Shown in pieces: positions 50,626-64,000 of a DNA stretch of 64,000 nt (position 1 is the stretch's first letter; each line of letters starts with the position of its first letter). The DNA comes from Octopus vulgaris (taxonomy: Eukaryota): contig OX597816.1 in the NCBI GenBank assembly GCA_951406725.2, positions 134,974,001-135,038,000 of the forward strand. The letters run 5' to 3'. Below the pieces are notes generated by a model, which did not search any database, was not told the origin of the DNA, and saw nothing but the letters and a program-made list of their open reading frames with translations. Both the position numbers and the translations under genes were made by a program.

Positions 50626-51567
50626 AACAAAGTCAGAGATTTTAACTTCTGAGAGCATTTCTGCCTATTTAGGTCTTCACTCTTTGGAATGCTTACGGGT
50701 ATGTTTACCATAATATAGAAGTAGAAAATTCTTGAAAAGTTTTTGGCATTCAACAGAGATAAAAAAATGGGGGAATGGGATAAACTGCCAGATCCCAACA
50801 CTCCCTTAATCAAAGGCCTACAGCAGTAACTATGCTGCCGCAGTTTATCAGTTAAAGGTCGTCAGTGTTATAACTATCATCCATTAAAATTACCAAGCGT
50901 TGCCAAATTTTCCCCCAAAGAGGAAAGAGGTAGCTAGATGTATTTTTCTTCAACATCCCAGATCAGCGATCTACAAATGGCTGTGGTCAAAGAAAGCAGC
51001 CCACACCAATTTGCTGGTCCACTACCTTGAAAGGCTATGTACACATGAAAAACTCGATAAAAACATTGATCTCTGATTATGGTGAGATACGATACAAAAG
51101 ACATCGGACATTAAATGCCGAAGGTTGTAAATGTTCTTTGCCTTGTGTGTTGTCTCTGCAGATATTTAGGGGTTCGGTATTTTTGTTGGGCTATTCTATA
51201 TATCACTGTACATGACAAGCCTAGTTGGTAGCTCAGCAAATTTTTTGGACGCTCTGATTTGGTTGTAATGTTTGCCAGTGGGGTGATCTAATATGTTAGA
51301 AATTCCTGAAGTCTTGTAAAAAAAAAATTGTTTATCTTTTTGGAGGATGGTTATACAACTGAAGATCTTTAAACTCCAAATTGTTCCTGTGTAGATTGTA
51401 TCGGCTCCGGATGCTACAGTTTCAGGAAGTGCGTATTGGGAACTGACTGACTCCAATATTTCTTGAACTTCTCAGTTTTACCTAAAAACAAAGCCTAAAA
51501 TGTTGATTGACATAGGAACGTTATTGCTACAAACTAGGCCTAAGACTAATAAGATTAATATAAAAAT

Positions 51568-51716
51568 ATCCTTTCTACTAGATACACAAGGTCTGAAATT
51601 CTGAGGGAGAAAGCTAATCGATTACATCAAACCTAGTACTTGACTGGACCTAAAGGATAAGAAGCAAGGTCGACCGCTGCAGAATTCGAACTCGGAAAGT
51701 AAAGACAGACAATGCG
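51568..51716 (-). mobile_element. SINE family A, diverged partial
   Basis: atcctttctacta...cgattacatc...gcaaggtcgacc...aattcgaactc. Confidence 0.65.
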
Positions 51717-51905
51717 CTGTCTTTATAAATTTACATTGATATATAAAATATTTGTGGCTGAAAGCAAAAAGCACAACTGTGTTAGAAGTGAGTGGAATCT
51801 TTCTATATTGGTAAACAAGAACATTTTCTCGTAACTAGTTTTTGTACCAATGCACCAAACATTTAGGTATGAAGAATTAATCCGTTTCACACACACACAC
51901 TTATG

Positions 51906-51964
<59 letters not shown>

Positions 51965-51976
51965 GTATACTTACAT

Positions 51977-52525
51977 ATTAATTATTATTAACGGAAGCAG
52001 TATTGACATCAAAAGGTAATCTTTATATTCAACCAAACGTGGATGCCTCGTTAGAATACCGAACACTGCGTTATTAACCTTGAGAGATCCTCTTATGTAG
52101 GTGTTTAGTGTATGAAAGGACACACAAAGATCGTAGCAGACGAAATTCATCTGTCATGGGCACCGGAATCCCCTCAGAAGATCTCTCAAGGTTAATAACG
52201 CAGCATTCGGTGTCCTAACACGACATCCATGTTAAGTTGCATGCAAATTTCTTAGTACACAGCCATACCTGTGCCTATATATATATATACTTGATATTAA
52301 TACTGCTTCCGTTGCTAATAATTAATTTTTAATAGACCTATAGGTTTATTTTCAGTGTCTCAAGAGTTGCTGATACGCTATATATCGTAGCAGCTAGTTT
52401 TGACTGGTATGCGTGATTGGACGGTTCCTGCTGATGATTTCCAGTAGAATGAAATCCCGTGATATGGGAATTCTGGCGCTCATGTCAGACAATTCTCGTC
52501 AACTACAATATCTGTTGTGCGCTTT
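51977..52525 (+). mobile_element. Old fold-back element with degenerate hammerhead motifs
   Basis: Inverted arms 51977-52012/52291-52326 and 52037-52089/52180-52233. CTGATGA...GAAA motif at 52431-52454. Adjacent to (TA)n. Confidence 0.55.
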
Positions 52526-52529
52526 TATA

Positions 52530-53690
52530 CACCAAGTGCCTGTATGAGAGAATATCTCAAGGCAAACAAGATATCCATGCTAAGTTGGATATGGAAACAC
52601 CTTCAAATTTCAAACAAACTTATTTCAATATGGTGTAGGACCGCCTTTGGCAGTAATTACAGCTTGAATTCTACGAGGTATGGACCCGTACAAAGTTTGA
52701 ATTGTTTCCAAAGGAATGTTTGTCCATTTTTCAGCTAAAACTGTCTCCACTTCTTGTAGGGATGATGGTAGAGGATATCGACTCCTTACTTGTTTTTCTA
52801 AAATGCACCATAAATGTTCAATAATATTGAGATCTGGGGACAGTGGTGGCCAGATATGATGTTCAACTTCACTAGAATATTCCTCGTGCCATTTAGCTGT
52901 GTGAATTGCTGCATTATCATCCTGAAATATTGTGTTTCCCTCCAGAAACAGTTCCGCAAACATAGGATGAATTTGATCAGATAAAATGCTTAAATAGTGT
53001 TGACTATTAATTCTGCCATGAAAGGAAACCATTGAGCCGGCGGATTTCCAAGATAAAGCCCCCTCCAGATCATCACAGGTCCTTCTCCATGTTTAACAGT
53101 TGGAAGAAGGCAGTCTGGGTCAAATGCTTCTTTTGGCTGTCTCCACACGTATACTCGGCCGGTGATCGGAAATAAGGTAATGGTTGACTCGTGCGAGAAA
53201 ATAACATTCTTCCTCTGCTCTAGGGACCAATTCTGTCGGTTTTTAGTCCACTCTAAACGCTTTGCAATGTTTGTTTTTGAAAGTAATGGTTTTCTGATTG
53301 CAGCCCTCCCGTGAAAGCCAGATTTTTACAGCTCCCGGCGAGCAGTTTTGTGGAAAATGGGTTCACGATGTGGTCATTAAGCTCTGAAGTAATTTTGGGA
53401 GTTGTACTTTTGTGATCCTTTCTAAAAGTTCGCGTAAGAGTCTAACGGTCCCTATCTGAAAGTTTTGGTTTTCCCGGAGCTTTGTTTCGACGAGGAGGTT
53501 TTTCCCCTCTTTCTCAAAGGCTGTCATTACTTTCGAGACAGTACTTCTTGATACATCAAACATTTCGGCTGTCTTCGTTTCGTTACGCTAGCGCCTGCCG
53601 TATGAGCACCAACAATTTGACCGCTTTGAAAGTCCGATAGATCTATCATTTTAATGAATTTTAATTACCTTTTTCTGATGAAAATAATAA
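52530..53690 (-). mobile_element. Decayed Tc1 DNA transposon
   Basis: Transposase remnants FDVSRSTVSKV (HTH), IFQDDNAAIH, WPPLSPDLNIIEHLW, AVITAKGGPTPY, with frameshifts. Confidence 0.9.
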
Positions 53691-53739
53691 TACAAGGCTA
53701 CTATAGCCTAGTAGAAAATACTTTCTCTCGGTGTCATAC

Positions 53740-53955
53740 TGTGAGAGCGAACCCCGAAATTCTTGCTGGACAATCTGTGCAAGTGGTTTGTTTATAGTGA
53801 TCAAATGTTTGTGTTGCACATAAACTCCCTCCCTCCATCAAATCGACATTGCCTATACAAGTACACGGTGTGCCACGAATCCTCTGCTTAAGAACTGAAA
53901 CTACGATCTTGCGACCGTGAGCGCACTAACTTAACTACTTGGCCACGCGCTCTCA
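53740..53955 (-). mobile_element. tRNA-derived SINE (diverged)
   Basis: Minus strand head gcgcgtggccaagtagttaag...cacggtcgcaagatcgtagtttcagttc. Confidence 0.55.
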
Positions 53956-55817
53956 CTGTATTCGTTAGTAAACTCAAACATACGTACATGTCTACAAACC
54001 ACGAACCACCACCACTGTCGCTGCATATACACACATAGGCACATATACATTTATACATGCATATATTTTTATATATGAAAATATGTTCCCCTATACTTTC
54101 TTCTTTACAAAATCTTAAGAAATACACATTTCAAAAAAGAAGTTATATACCTTATACTTTCTATTCATGATTAAAACATATTTAAAACCCTCGGAGTTGT
54201 TACAAATGTTTTTTCCAGTCTGTGATAATATTTCATGCCGACCACACTTTATATAACATTGCCAAAACTGCATGCATCAGAAAACCTAGGATTCCTCTTT
54301 AGTCAAGGGACACACTCTATCCCCTATCAGTTGATAACCCAGTTGATAATAACTTGATAATCTCCTACAGGACCCACCACTAGAGTATCGTTTACACCTA
54401 TGCCAAAGCAAAACTCATTCTACAGATTGGCAAAGATTCAACCAGAAGCATCCAAACACGTTACTTTTTATTCTGCTTAATCTATCGCTAGTATAGCATC
54501 CGTCCCTCAGAACGTAATTTCTATATAAATCTTCTACCTAGGCCCACTTGTAAAACCATTTTCTTCTTGTCGTCTCCTATCCCAAACTCTACATTAATAA
54601 TGTTGTCCATTCTTTCCTCTACAAAACAGCGGCTCTCGATTTTTCTGTTTTTCCTAACAGATATTGTTCCTAATCGACATTGCTACAGATGTTCAAAATG
54701 GACATCAACTGCACCAGTCTCTCACGTCTGGGGGATCTACAACAGTTCTTTTCTGACTACTTTATAACACATCTGTATGTATGTGTGTGTACATACAAAC
54801 ATATGAACGAGACGATATTGGAAAGTTTTCGGGCTGTATATAGTATGAGTGAACTATTTAATGTAAATCTGAGTGCTGTTTAGGATCATTGGGGGGTCAT
54901 CCTATTGAGTCGGTCTAGAAATAAACTTCATATTATCTACTCGACCTCAATTATTACGAGAGATTTCGTGTAAAAACAGGTCTGCGATTTTTTATGATGG
55001 CGAACAAATTCAAGCAACTTGCTTGCCTTAAATTTTCAATGAAGCCCGGTAGATCTACCTGAAATAAAAGGTCATAATCATCACTAAAAATATTTTCTTC
55101 CTTTCATTTATTTGCTACCTAAAAAGTTACATTGGTGACCTTCTGACTTAAGAACTGCATAGCTTCTCTACGAAGTGCTGCAATAATCATAACATTTTGG
55201 TGACTCCAACGTGCGAACATGTACACAAAAACGTTACATATATATATGCGTGTTGTAATATGTGTACGCAATGAACTTCAAAGATAGTGCGTAAATCTTC
55301 CCGTCAAATATCGTGATCGAACATTCAATTGACTTCATTAGAGTTGTAAAAAGCTAATGAACTGAATCTCTGGCAGAAACATCCAGAAGTCCACACGGAA
55401 CCTTGCCACTCAACTTTGTGAGATGTTCTCTCACCTTTTTCTCAATTTCCTTACAGAAGTACTAGAGGTGCTACTCAAAGCTGTGCCAGTCAGCTTTGTG
55501 GTAAGCCTTTCTCAATAATTATTCTTCGTATCATCATTTAGTATATTATGCAGCGAAAACTTGTACTCATTCCATTCGATTTCTCTTGAATGCTGTTCTA
55601 GTTATTTTGTTGTATATAAGTATAGGCAAATGTTTCAAGTTAATAAAAATGTGTGGCCATTATGAACGTAACACACAACCTACCAAATGTTATTCATCAA
55701 TAATTAAACAATCCTAATATCACACTAAACTTGATATCTCTCTTTCATTGACATACAACCACACAAGCTATCAATTAAATTACTAAGATGAACACAACAT
55801 TCTCTTACAGAATCAAG

Positions 55818-56012
55818 CCACACAGAGGGGACAAACAAGGACAGACAAACGGATTAAGTCGATTACATCGATCCCAGTGCGTAACTGGTACTTAATTTAT
55901 CGACCCCGAAAGGATGAAAGGCAAAGTCGACTTCGGCGGAATTTGAACTCAGAACGTTGCGGCAGACGAAAATGTCACTAAGCATTTTACCTGGCGTGCT
56001 AATGATTCTGCC
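55818..56012 (-). mobile_element. SINE family A
   Basis: Matches the family A pattern with the gtttgtctgtccttg tail. Confidence 0.85.
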
Positions 56013-56502
56013 AAAGACAGTTGTAAATTCTCGAACAAAAATTCATACACGGTTAGCATGTAACGCGCGTGCACGCACACACGCGCGCGCGGACACACAT
56101 ACACTCATAGGCGTGCACATACACACACACACTCTGTGTATGTGTCTGTTAATGTATGTACATTTGTGAATAAATATGTACGTGTGTATGTCTGTATACA
56201 TTATTACGTGTACTTCAACGTGCAATGAGCCATTCCTTTTTTTTCCATCCCTGCACCCCTCAGTATATGAATGTTGCTGCTCTCTCAGTATCTGAACGTG
56301 TATGTGTGTATGTGTATCCCGCGCGTATGTAGGCTCTTGTATTGAAGTGTGCGTGTGTTTGGAATTTTGTGTGAATATCTGTGACCGTGCAGGCTTTGTA
56401 TGTAAGCCTATGCCCGCTTGATTGTCTGTTACATGTAAACCATACGAGCCATATAAGAATATTTTTAACAGAAATTCAAGATTATTACTATTATTGTTAT
56501 TA

Positions 56503-56930
56503 AGGCGATGAGCTGGCAGAAACGTTAGCACGCCGGACAAAATACTTAGCAGCATTTCGTCTGTCTTTACGTTCTGAGTTCAAATTCCGCCAAGGTTGAC
56601 TTTGCCTTTCATCCTTTCGGGGTCAATAAATTAAGCACCAGTAAAACACTAGGGTCGATGTAATTGACTGGTTCCCCTCCACCAAAAAAAAAAAAAAAAA
56701 AATTCAGGATTTGTGTCTTTTGCAGAAAGGATTACTATTAAGGCGGCGAGCTGAGAGAATCGTTAGCACGCTTGACGTCTTTACGTTCTGACTTCAATTT
56801 CCTCCGTGGTCGACTTTACCTTTCATCCTTTCGGAGTCGATAAAATAAGTACCAGTTGAACACTGGGGTCAATGAAAGCGACTTATCCCTTCGCTTGAAC
56901 TTGCTGGCCTTGTAACTCAAATTGAAACCA
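56503..56930 (+). mobile_element. Two head-to-tail SINE family A copies (56503-56731, 56740-56930)
   Basis: Both start aggcg..gagctg. Confidence 0.85.
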
Positions 56931-56946
56931 TTATTATTATTATTAT

Positions 56947-56988
<42 letters not shown>

Positions 56989-57029
56989 AATCATCATCAT
57001 GACCATTATTATCACCATTATTGCCGCGT

Positions 57030-57800
57030 CATTTGCCAATAATTTCCACTGAGTTGGGGACTGGGTATGTCGTAGTTGATGATGCGCAGACATGCGTTGA
57101 AACTGCGACATCTCCAGCAATTCCCTGACGATGAACAGACGTGGTCGTTGTGTTTAAGGCACGTTTTTCCATAGCTTATCTCTCTATGAGAACTGCAGTT
57201 CTGGGTCAAGACCAATGCATAGTGCTTGGCATCTGGAATGTCAAAGCTCACAGACTACTACTATTCAGGCAACACCGTAGGCGGATATACCACGTTGGCA
57301 TTAAACTGAAGATTAGTGATGGGCAAAAGCGACGATACTCTCGCGTGAAGTCAGAGTTAATCTGTTCCTGAAGACTTTCGGGCCTGGTACCATGGGACCA
57401 TACGGCAGTGCCACCGAGGGGCCTTGTCATTTCGAAATAAACTCTACAGGCATGGCGTCTGGGATGCACGGAGAGCGACAGAAATAAATATACCCGCTAC
57501 GAATTAGTCCAATACCCGAGAATTGCTGACTTAAGATGAATACATCACGAATGGGTTGAATTCAGCTATCACCCTGATTCCATTAGGAGGATCGTCTTAC
57601 TATTTTCCTGGTGGCTTTGGTGAAAGATGTGGCAAACGAGATTAAAAAGGCTGAAGACAAACACTTTCCTCTTCAGCAAAACCCCTAACTTTTACAAGTT
57701 TCACTTGAAAAGGAAGGTGAAGGTGGAGAGAGAAGTGCTGCCTTCAAACAAATTTGTTTAAAGTTGGATGAGAGAGGCGAGCTGGTGTCCAAGCGAACGG
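57030..57800 (+). mobile_element. Decayed L1/Tx1-like LINE 3' fragment
   Basis: Remnants PLSWGLGMS*LMMRRHALKLRHLQQF and RNKLYRHG. The latter recurs on the minus strand near 62200. Confidence 0.5.
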
Positions 57801-57857
57801 GCTTCCTCTGAGCACGCGCCTGTAGGTAGGAGGCAGACAACTGGGTCATGCAGAGAG

Positions 57858-58310
57858 TACCTATTTCTTTACTACCCACAAGGGGCTAAACACAGAGGGG
57901 ACAAACAAGGACAGACAAACGGATTAAGTCGATTACATCGACCCCAGTGCGTAACTGGTACTTATTTAATCGAACCCGAAAGGAGGAAAGGCAAAGTCGA
58001 CCTCGGCGGAATTTGAATTCAGAACGTAGTGACAGACGAAATATCGCTAAGCATTTCGCTTGACATGCTAACGATTCTGCCAGCTCACCGCATTAATATA
58101 ATAATGATAATAATAAAGGTTTCTAATTTTGCCACAAGGGTAGCCTTTTTAGGGGAGGGTACTAGTCGATTACATCGACTCCAGTGTTTCACTACTACTT
58201 AATTTATCAATCCTGAAAGGATGAAAGGCTAAGTCAACTTCGGCGGTATTTGAACTCAGAATGTAAAGACATGAAATACCACTGAGCATTTTGCGCGGCG
58301 TGCTAATTTT
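57858..58310 (-). mobile_element. Two tandem SINE family A copies (57858-58091, 58117-58310)
   Basis: Matches the family A pattern on the minus strand. Confidence 0.85.
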
Positions 58311-59329
58311 GCCAAAACGTATTGTTGGGATATGGTAACGAAGACACAAGTAAAATTCTACAGCATTTATCGAATATTTCGTTTGTTAATTTCTCCCTTT
58401 ATTAAATATTTATCGTTTTTTCTTTCCATGCAAAATATAAGAATATCAAGCAATTCACAGGTTGAATTTTGGTAAGTTGTGCACTTGTTTATCTCCCTTC
58501 ACCTCCACTCTTTCGCTTCATTATCTCGACATATATTGCAGAATAAACTAACAATAACTGCAGCAGTGAAAGATTTATATATTTATTATTAATACATATT
58601 TCTTTCTATTGCAATAGAGAAAGATCGAATTTGTTTCTGTATTTTAGGTGACGCTTGTTATATTAAGAATCGAAAGAAGGAAAAAACAATGCTGATTCCG
58701 GCAGAATTTTAATTCAATAAAATTGTTTTGTTACTTAAGTATTCACTATAGGGAGAACTAGCAATAGATTGTAGTATCCATGATGGAGGTTAGCAACAGT
58801 ATTACACTGCCATATGGGAATTTTGAGCATGTTGCTGACTCAATTCGATGGGAACCTTACGGTACGTCATAGCACAGCCAAACTATTACATCACCCACCG
58901 ATGATGACTCAGCGGTAGAGCTTCTATGTAGTCACCTTACAAGCTTAATATATTACAACCAAAATCTTTCTCAACAAGTTCCTTTTAGCTTTAAAATGAG
59001 GATGCATGCTTTAATCCTACATTTTGGAATAACGCAACCAGAGAAAATACAGACTCGCCTCAAACAGAAATACTGACCTACACAACACACTGGACATCAT
59101 ATATTAAATTTATTATCTTTGTACCATGAGCCTGTTGACTGAGATTATAACGAAAGTTATAAACCGGTCCATCTCTGAGATCAACAAAGTTGATGTCAAA
59201 ATCCGAAAGTTGATGACAATCATTATCATCATCATCATCGTCCAAACCCAAGCAGCCGGGATTCATAGTATGATCAACTTCCACTCCTCTTGATCTTTAT
59301 TGCAACTCTAAGTTCATTGATGGCAATTT

Positions 59330-60075
59330 CTGGGTCGCGCACAATGACGTCTTGGAAAGTGAGTTAGACTCTTCCTGTCGGCTTCCGCAAGAGGGAAGAA
59401 ACGATCTCTCTATCAGCTCGATAACAACGACCACCTAATTCTAGTTATTGCTGACCTAAACACATAGATACTGGCTTCAACTTTCCATATATTTGCTGTA
59501 GGGTGGCGTGCTCTCTCTAGTGAATGTTTTGTGTTCTGCGAAGGAGGTCGGTTTATGTATCATACAGTCACTTTTTTAAAGACAGTTGTTAATATTCAAG
59601 TTTCAGCCCCATACATCAAAATTGATTTGAAATAGCTCAGTTTTTATTTTTTTTGTTTGAGTTGTTTGTTGCGCCATATCCTTGTCTGGTTTATTATTGC
59701 AAGCCTCCCATACCAGTGCTTTTCGAACACAAAAATCCTTTTGTGTGTTCACAATATGTGCTCCAAGATATTTGAAAGTCTTTCACTCTCTTGATGATTT
59801 CGTCGGAAGTTTAAGGACTGGTGGAGATGTATTCAGTTTTACCCTTATTTCAGCAGAGTCCTAGTTGCAGTTTTTCTTTGAGCTTGCAGCGGTGATTCTG
59901 CATCTGACATGGCTTCTGTGGTGATTGCAAAGTCGTCTGCAAAGTCAAGGTCCGTGGGATATTGAGTCGGACGCCTTCGACCAATTCTTGGATAGAGTAG
60001 CAGACCATTTTCATTCATGCTGCCTAGTGAGGTTCGCAGAACACAATCTAGCATTACAATGAACAGAAAGGGAAC
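59330..60075 (-). mobile_element. Decayed RTE-clade LINE RT fragment
   Basis: PFLFIVMLDCVLR, TDLDFADDFAI (FADD), DFQISW/FKYLGA region, RKALVWEACNK, SILMYGAE. Confidence 0.75.
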
Positions 60076-61070
60076 AATGCATCGTATACATCGGCCAAAA
60101 GAAGACATATACCGAATAAGCCTTCGAGGAAAAGAAGGCGGTTCAGGGTTTATACAATTTCACATTGAAGATTACAGCCATAAAACTTTCTGCCGACCTG
60201 CAATAAGCAAACAACTCAATGTTAAAGTTGGTTCTGTGACATGAAGATAACGAAAAGTTGCACTCAGTGACGAAAATGCAATAATACACCTTTGAGAAAT
60301 GCAACTAGACGTACCAGTACTCGAAGAAAATGTGACCCCAAATGACAAAGCAAAACAAAAAAAGATATAGCCAAACAAACCAGCCTAATAAGGAGAAATG
60401 GGAGCAAAATCCACTACTTGACAAATAACCAATTAGAGTCAGAGGCCCTGATGTAGACAAAACCCTTATCAATCAGTGGCGTACATGCTCTGGTCTAAAG
60501 CCAGAAACTGAGATTCATATTATTGCTGTTCAGGATCAGTGCCTTTCAACAAAGAAATTACCAATGTAATGTTCTAAAACATAAAAGCAGCCCATCGTGT
60601 CGCGTATGCGGAGAACGTCTAGAGAGAATCGATCACATAATCACGTGATGCGGCTGACTGGCACCAACAGAGTACTAGCATAAACGTTGGTAGAGCAACT
60701 CAGTGTACAGACTGGTTAATACGCCGCGCACACAACTTTTCTCACAAAGATAATTAGTGAGAAAACAAACTACTAAAAGTTACCGTCCTTCGGAATTTCA
60801 CTGTTCAGACTGATTGGGCAATAGAGGGTAAGCGACCGCATATCATTAGGGAAAAAAATCATGCTGAAAAGACAGAAAACCACATCTCTGAAAACGTTTT
60901 AATAAACTGAGTAAATATAAGGTCACGGAGATAGATATCAGAAGAATGGCATCTCAAAGCAGCATCAATACCTATTGTAATTGGAACGCCTGGAATGATG
61001 TCAAAAGGGGCAAACAAATATGTAGACCAAATTCTTGACAGCCCCCAAATAAGTGAATTGCAAAAGATCA
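60076..61070 (+). mobile_element. Decayed R4/Dong-like LINE C-terminal (zinc knuckle/RLE) fragment
   Basis: RGKEGGSG, WEQNPL, GLKPETE, IIAVQDQCL, CRVCGERLERIDHIIT, LAPTEY, WHLKAASIPIVIGTPG, ISELQKI. Confidence 0.75.
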
Positions 61071-61077
61071 AAAAAAG

Positions 61078-61518
61078 AACTCAGAACGTAACGGCAGACA
61101 AAATACCTATTTCTAAATACCTATTTCAAAATACCTATTTACTACTCACAAGGGGCTAAACACAGAGAGGACAAACAAGGACAGACAAACGGATTAAGTC
61201 GATTACATCGACCCCAGTGCGTAACTGATACTTAATTTATCGACCCCGAAAGGATGAAAGGCAAAGTCGACTGCGGCGGAATTTGAACTCAGAACGTAAC
61301 GACAGACAAAATACCGCTAAGCATTTCGCCCGACATGCTTACGCTTCTACCAGCTCGCCGCCATAACAATAATAATCCTTTCTACTAAAGGTACAAAGCC
61401 TGAAATTTGTGGGCAGGGAACTAGTCGATTACATCGATCCCATTTCTCAACTACTACTTAGTTTATGGACCCCGGCGGAATTTGAACTCAGGGCGTAGCG
61501 GCAGACGAAATACCGCCA
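61078..61518 (-). mobile_element. Tandem SINE family A copies (61078-61362, 61375-61518)
   Basis: Matches the family A pattern on the minus strand. Confidence 0.85.
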
Positions 61519-61829
61519 GGCCTTCAATAATAATTCTGCCTTCAATAATATTTTTTTTTTCATTGGGCACAGCAACCTAAGAGTTTCGGGAGAGTACAAA
61601 AGTGGAATACCCTGAAAAACAACAAATAAGAAATAATGGGGCATTTACATCTAGTAAACGGGTGTGACCAACAACAAAATCCCATTAATAATAATAAATA
61701 GCATTAAGAAAATCAAAGGTAATTACTTTCTCCTAATTCTTGACATCAGCCTACAACCTCATAGTGTACGCAACGCTCATTTAGTCGCGCCAGTTTTACT
61801 GCTCACGCCCACCTTTCATAAAATTTATT

Positions 61830-62470
61830 GGAGGTAGCATTTTTCTGTCTATCTTCAGTGCTTCTTTAAGTGGTGTTTAAAGAAGATAGTGAGAGTTTGT
61901 CCAGACAGGAAAAGTTCTATCCTCAAAGCTTTCAACCGTGTCCACCAAGCAAACATCTTTCGCTACAGCCACCAGACAGAAAAAAAAGTATTGTCTATTT
62001 TTCTTTACCAACAGAAAGTGCTGGTTGGATCTTTAGATCTGGGCCGATAGCCAGGTTTGTAAATTACAGGATAACAGCTGTTAAACATGAATCCATAAAT
62101 AAACAATGTACAGGCAACGAATACATGTCGGACAGTTTCGTCATCCGTGCGCATTTCGGACTGATTCGGTTACTGATGGATCCTATACGTCCATGCCTGT
62201 AGAGTTTATCTCAAACAGGCAAGTCCTCCAGTAAAACTGCCAGGCCAAGGACCTTTAGAAATTACATATAAACACCATCCTGAAAGTCCTCCAGAAGACA
62301 CTAGTCAAACTGTCTTTGTCTCTCCTAGACATCGTCACTCTAAAGAACGCGAGAGTTGACTTTCCAACTGGTAGAGTACTGTGAGCACCTGTTGGCATTC
62401 CAAATGTTAACGGCTCAAACTCAATCTAAGCTTCACTCAGGTTTGCAACTCGAGCAAAGAGAAGAACTGA
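61830..62470 (-). mobile_element. Decayed L1/Tx1-like LINE fragment (zf-RVT-like region)
   Basis: Minus strand DKLYRHGR...DETVRHVFVAC. Confidence 0.5.
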
Positions 62471-62553
62471 GGAAAGACAGCTCGACTTTTAGCTCCATAT
62501 GGCTGGTCTTAGTAGTCTTCAATACTAGATAAGGTACAAGTTTCAAACAAATT

Positions 62554-62629
<76 letters not shown>

Positions 62630-63679
62630 CCTCTCTCTGCTCGCCTTCCAATGGTTGGTTAAATAGTTTTCTAAGAAAGTTAGGAGCCGACTTTGTATTG
62701 GGTGTCTCGAAGCCTAGAAATTCAATTTTTATCGAGTTTATTTGCAACACATGAAATGCTTTTGAAAAATATTACCCAACCTGACCTGTCACGTTAAATG
62801 AACCTGGAGACTTATACGCGCGTATTACTCTATTATCGCCAAATATCCACATGGATAATATTTCACTTTCTGTAATGCTTTTTCGTTAGGTCTCTCTCTC
62901 TCCTTCTCTCACTCTCTCTCTCTCTCTCTCTCTCTCTCGCTCTCTCTCATTGATCAGTTTATTCTATGTACCTAGAGGTAAATATCACACAAATATAGAA
63001 TGACACATTTCAGGACATACTTGAAAACAATATATTATTACACGATGGCCATGCATATACAAATATGTTCCTCATCAACACAAAATGGTCAAATGAGGCA
63101 CAAGCCAGACCGCAGCTAGTATCAAATACATGATACTATGCTCATCTAACTTACTTTCTATCATTCGTAAGAGCTAAGTGGATCACAAAAGAATCTTCTC
63201 TTGGATATAACGTCTATTTACTACAAGTAAATAACTGAAAAAAATATGGTGCTCATTCCCTACTGTCATGTGAAATGATACACAATGACTAAAAGTGCCC
63301 TCCTCCGAGATACAACGCGATGTCTGAGAAGATAGCACTCGAATATTGTAATTGAATATAAAATCTATTTTAATGTTATCAGTAACTGAAACAGCTAAGC
63401 AGATAATTTATTGGCCTGTTAGTTCATTAACATCAAGTTCAAACTCCCTGCATATGTTCTGTTATCTGTAAAGAGTACACTTCCTTCTACAAGCCTTAGA
63501 TCACCTAACTTTAGAGAATGTTATAACATTCTGGGGGAAGATATGGACGATCATTCATTGATAAATGCTTCCGATTATTATATAAGATTTTAAATTACAT
63601 TTAGGTTCAAAACGTATTCAACAGTTTCAACAAATGCAAACCTTTACACACACACGTATGTGTGTATATGCGTATGCAT

Positions 63680-64000
63680 CTCTTTACTCTTTTTTTCATT
63701 TACTTGTTTCAGTCATTTGACTGCGGCCATGCTGGAGCTCCGCCTTTTAGTCGAGCAAATCGACCCCCAGGACTTATTCTTTGTAAGCCTAGTACTTATT
63801 CTATCGGTCTCTTTTGCCGAACCGCTAAGTTACGGGCACGTAAACACACCAGCATCAGTTGTCAAGCGATGTTGAGGGACAAACACAGACACACAAACGC
63901 GCGCGCGCACACACACACACACATATCTATCTATATATATATATATACATACATATATACGACGGGCTTCTTTCAGTTTCCGTCTACCAAATCCACTCAC
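63680..64000 (-). mobile_element. SINE family B (runs off window end)
   Basis: Homologous to 16105-16410. Confidence 0.85.

Noticed and set aside
51196-51482. Minus-strand acceptor-like site and 86-aa ORF
   Set aside because: No homology recognised and other frames look like decayed TE. Not supportable as an exon.
57067-57111. Hairpin with TTGATGA/GAAA resembling a hammerhead or box C/D K-turn
   Set aside because: No stem III or NUH triplet, and the sequence reads as an L1/Tx1 ORF2 remnant (GLGM..LMMRRHALKLRHL), so it is probably coincidental.

Overview
Eukaryotic, AT-rich, microsatellite-saturated genomic DNA. The tRNA-derived SINE families and (TA)n/(CA)n/(AAT)n load look like a coleoid cephalopod, probably Octopus (inferred from repeat content, not proven). 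One host gene is clearly visible: a minus-strand C2H2 zinc-finger transcription factor with ZFP91/ZNF653-like terminal fingers, an AT-hook, a PLDLS motif and a long polyQ tract. It has a 3.7-kb last exon (18397-22117) and a 167-bp upstream exon (23811-23977). The rest is mostly mobile DNA: SINEs, non-autonomous Helitrons, Tc1/mariner, hAT and Merlin-like MITEs, and decayed R4/Dong, RTE, CR1 and Tx1 LINEs. The most striking unannotated signal is a recurrent set of Penelope-like element (PLE) remnants. Most sit inside (TA)n microsatellites, fold back on themselves as inverted repeats and carry hammerhead ribozyme motifs. The best example is a near-perfect 214-bp-arm palindrome (38424-38854) that encodes an intact type I hammerhead on each strand. 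Most ORFs in the supplied track are microsatellite artefacts. Repeat boundaries are read by eye and approximate unless a TSD or terminal motif is cited.
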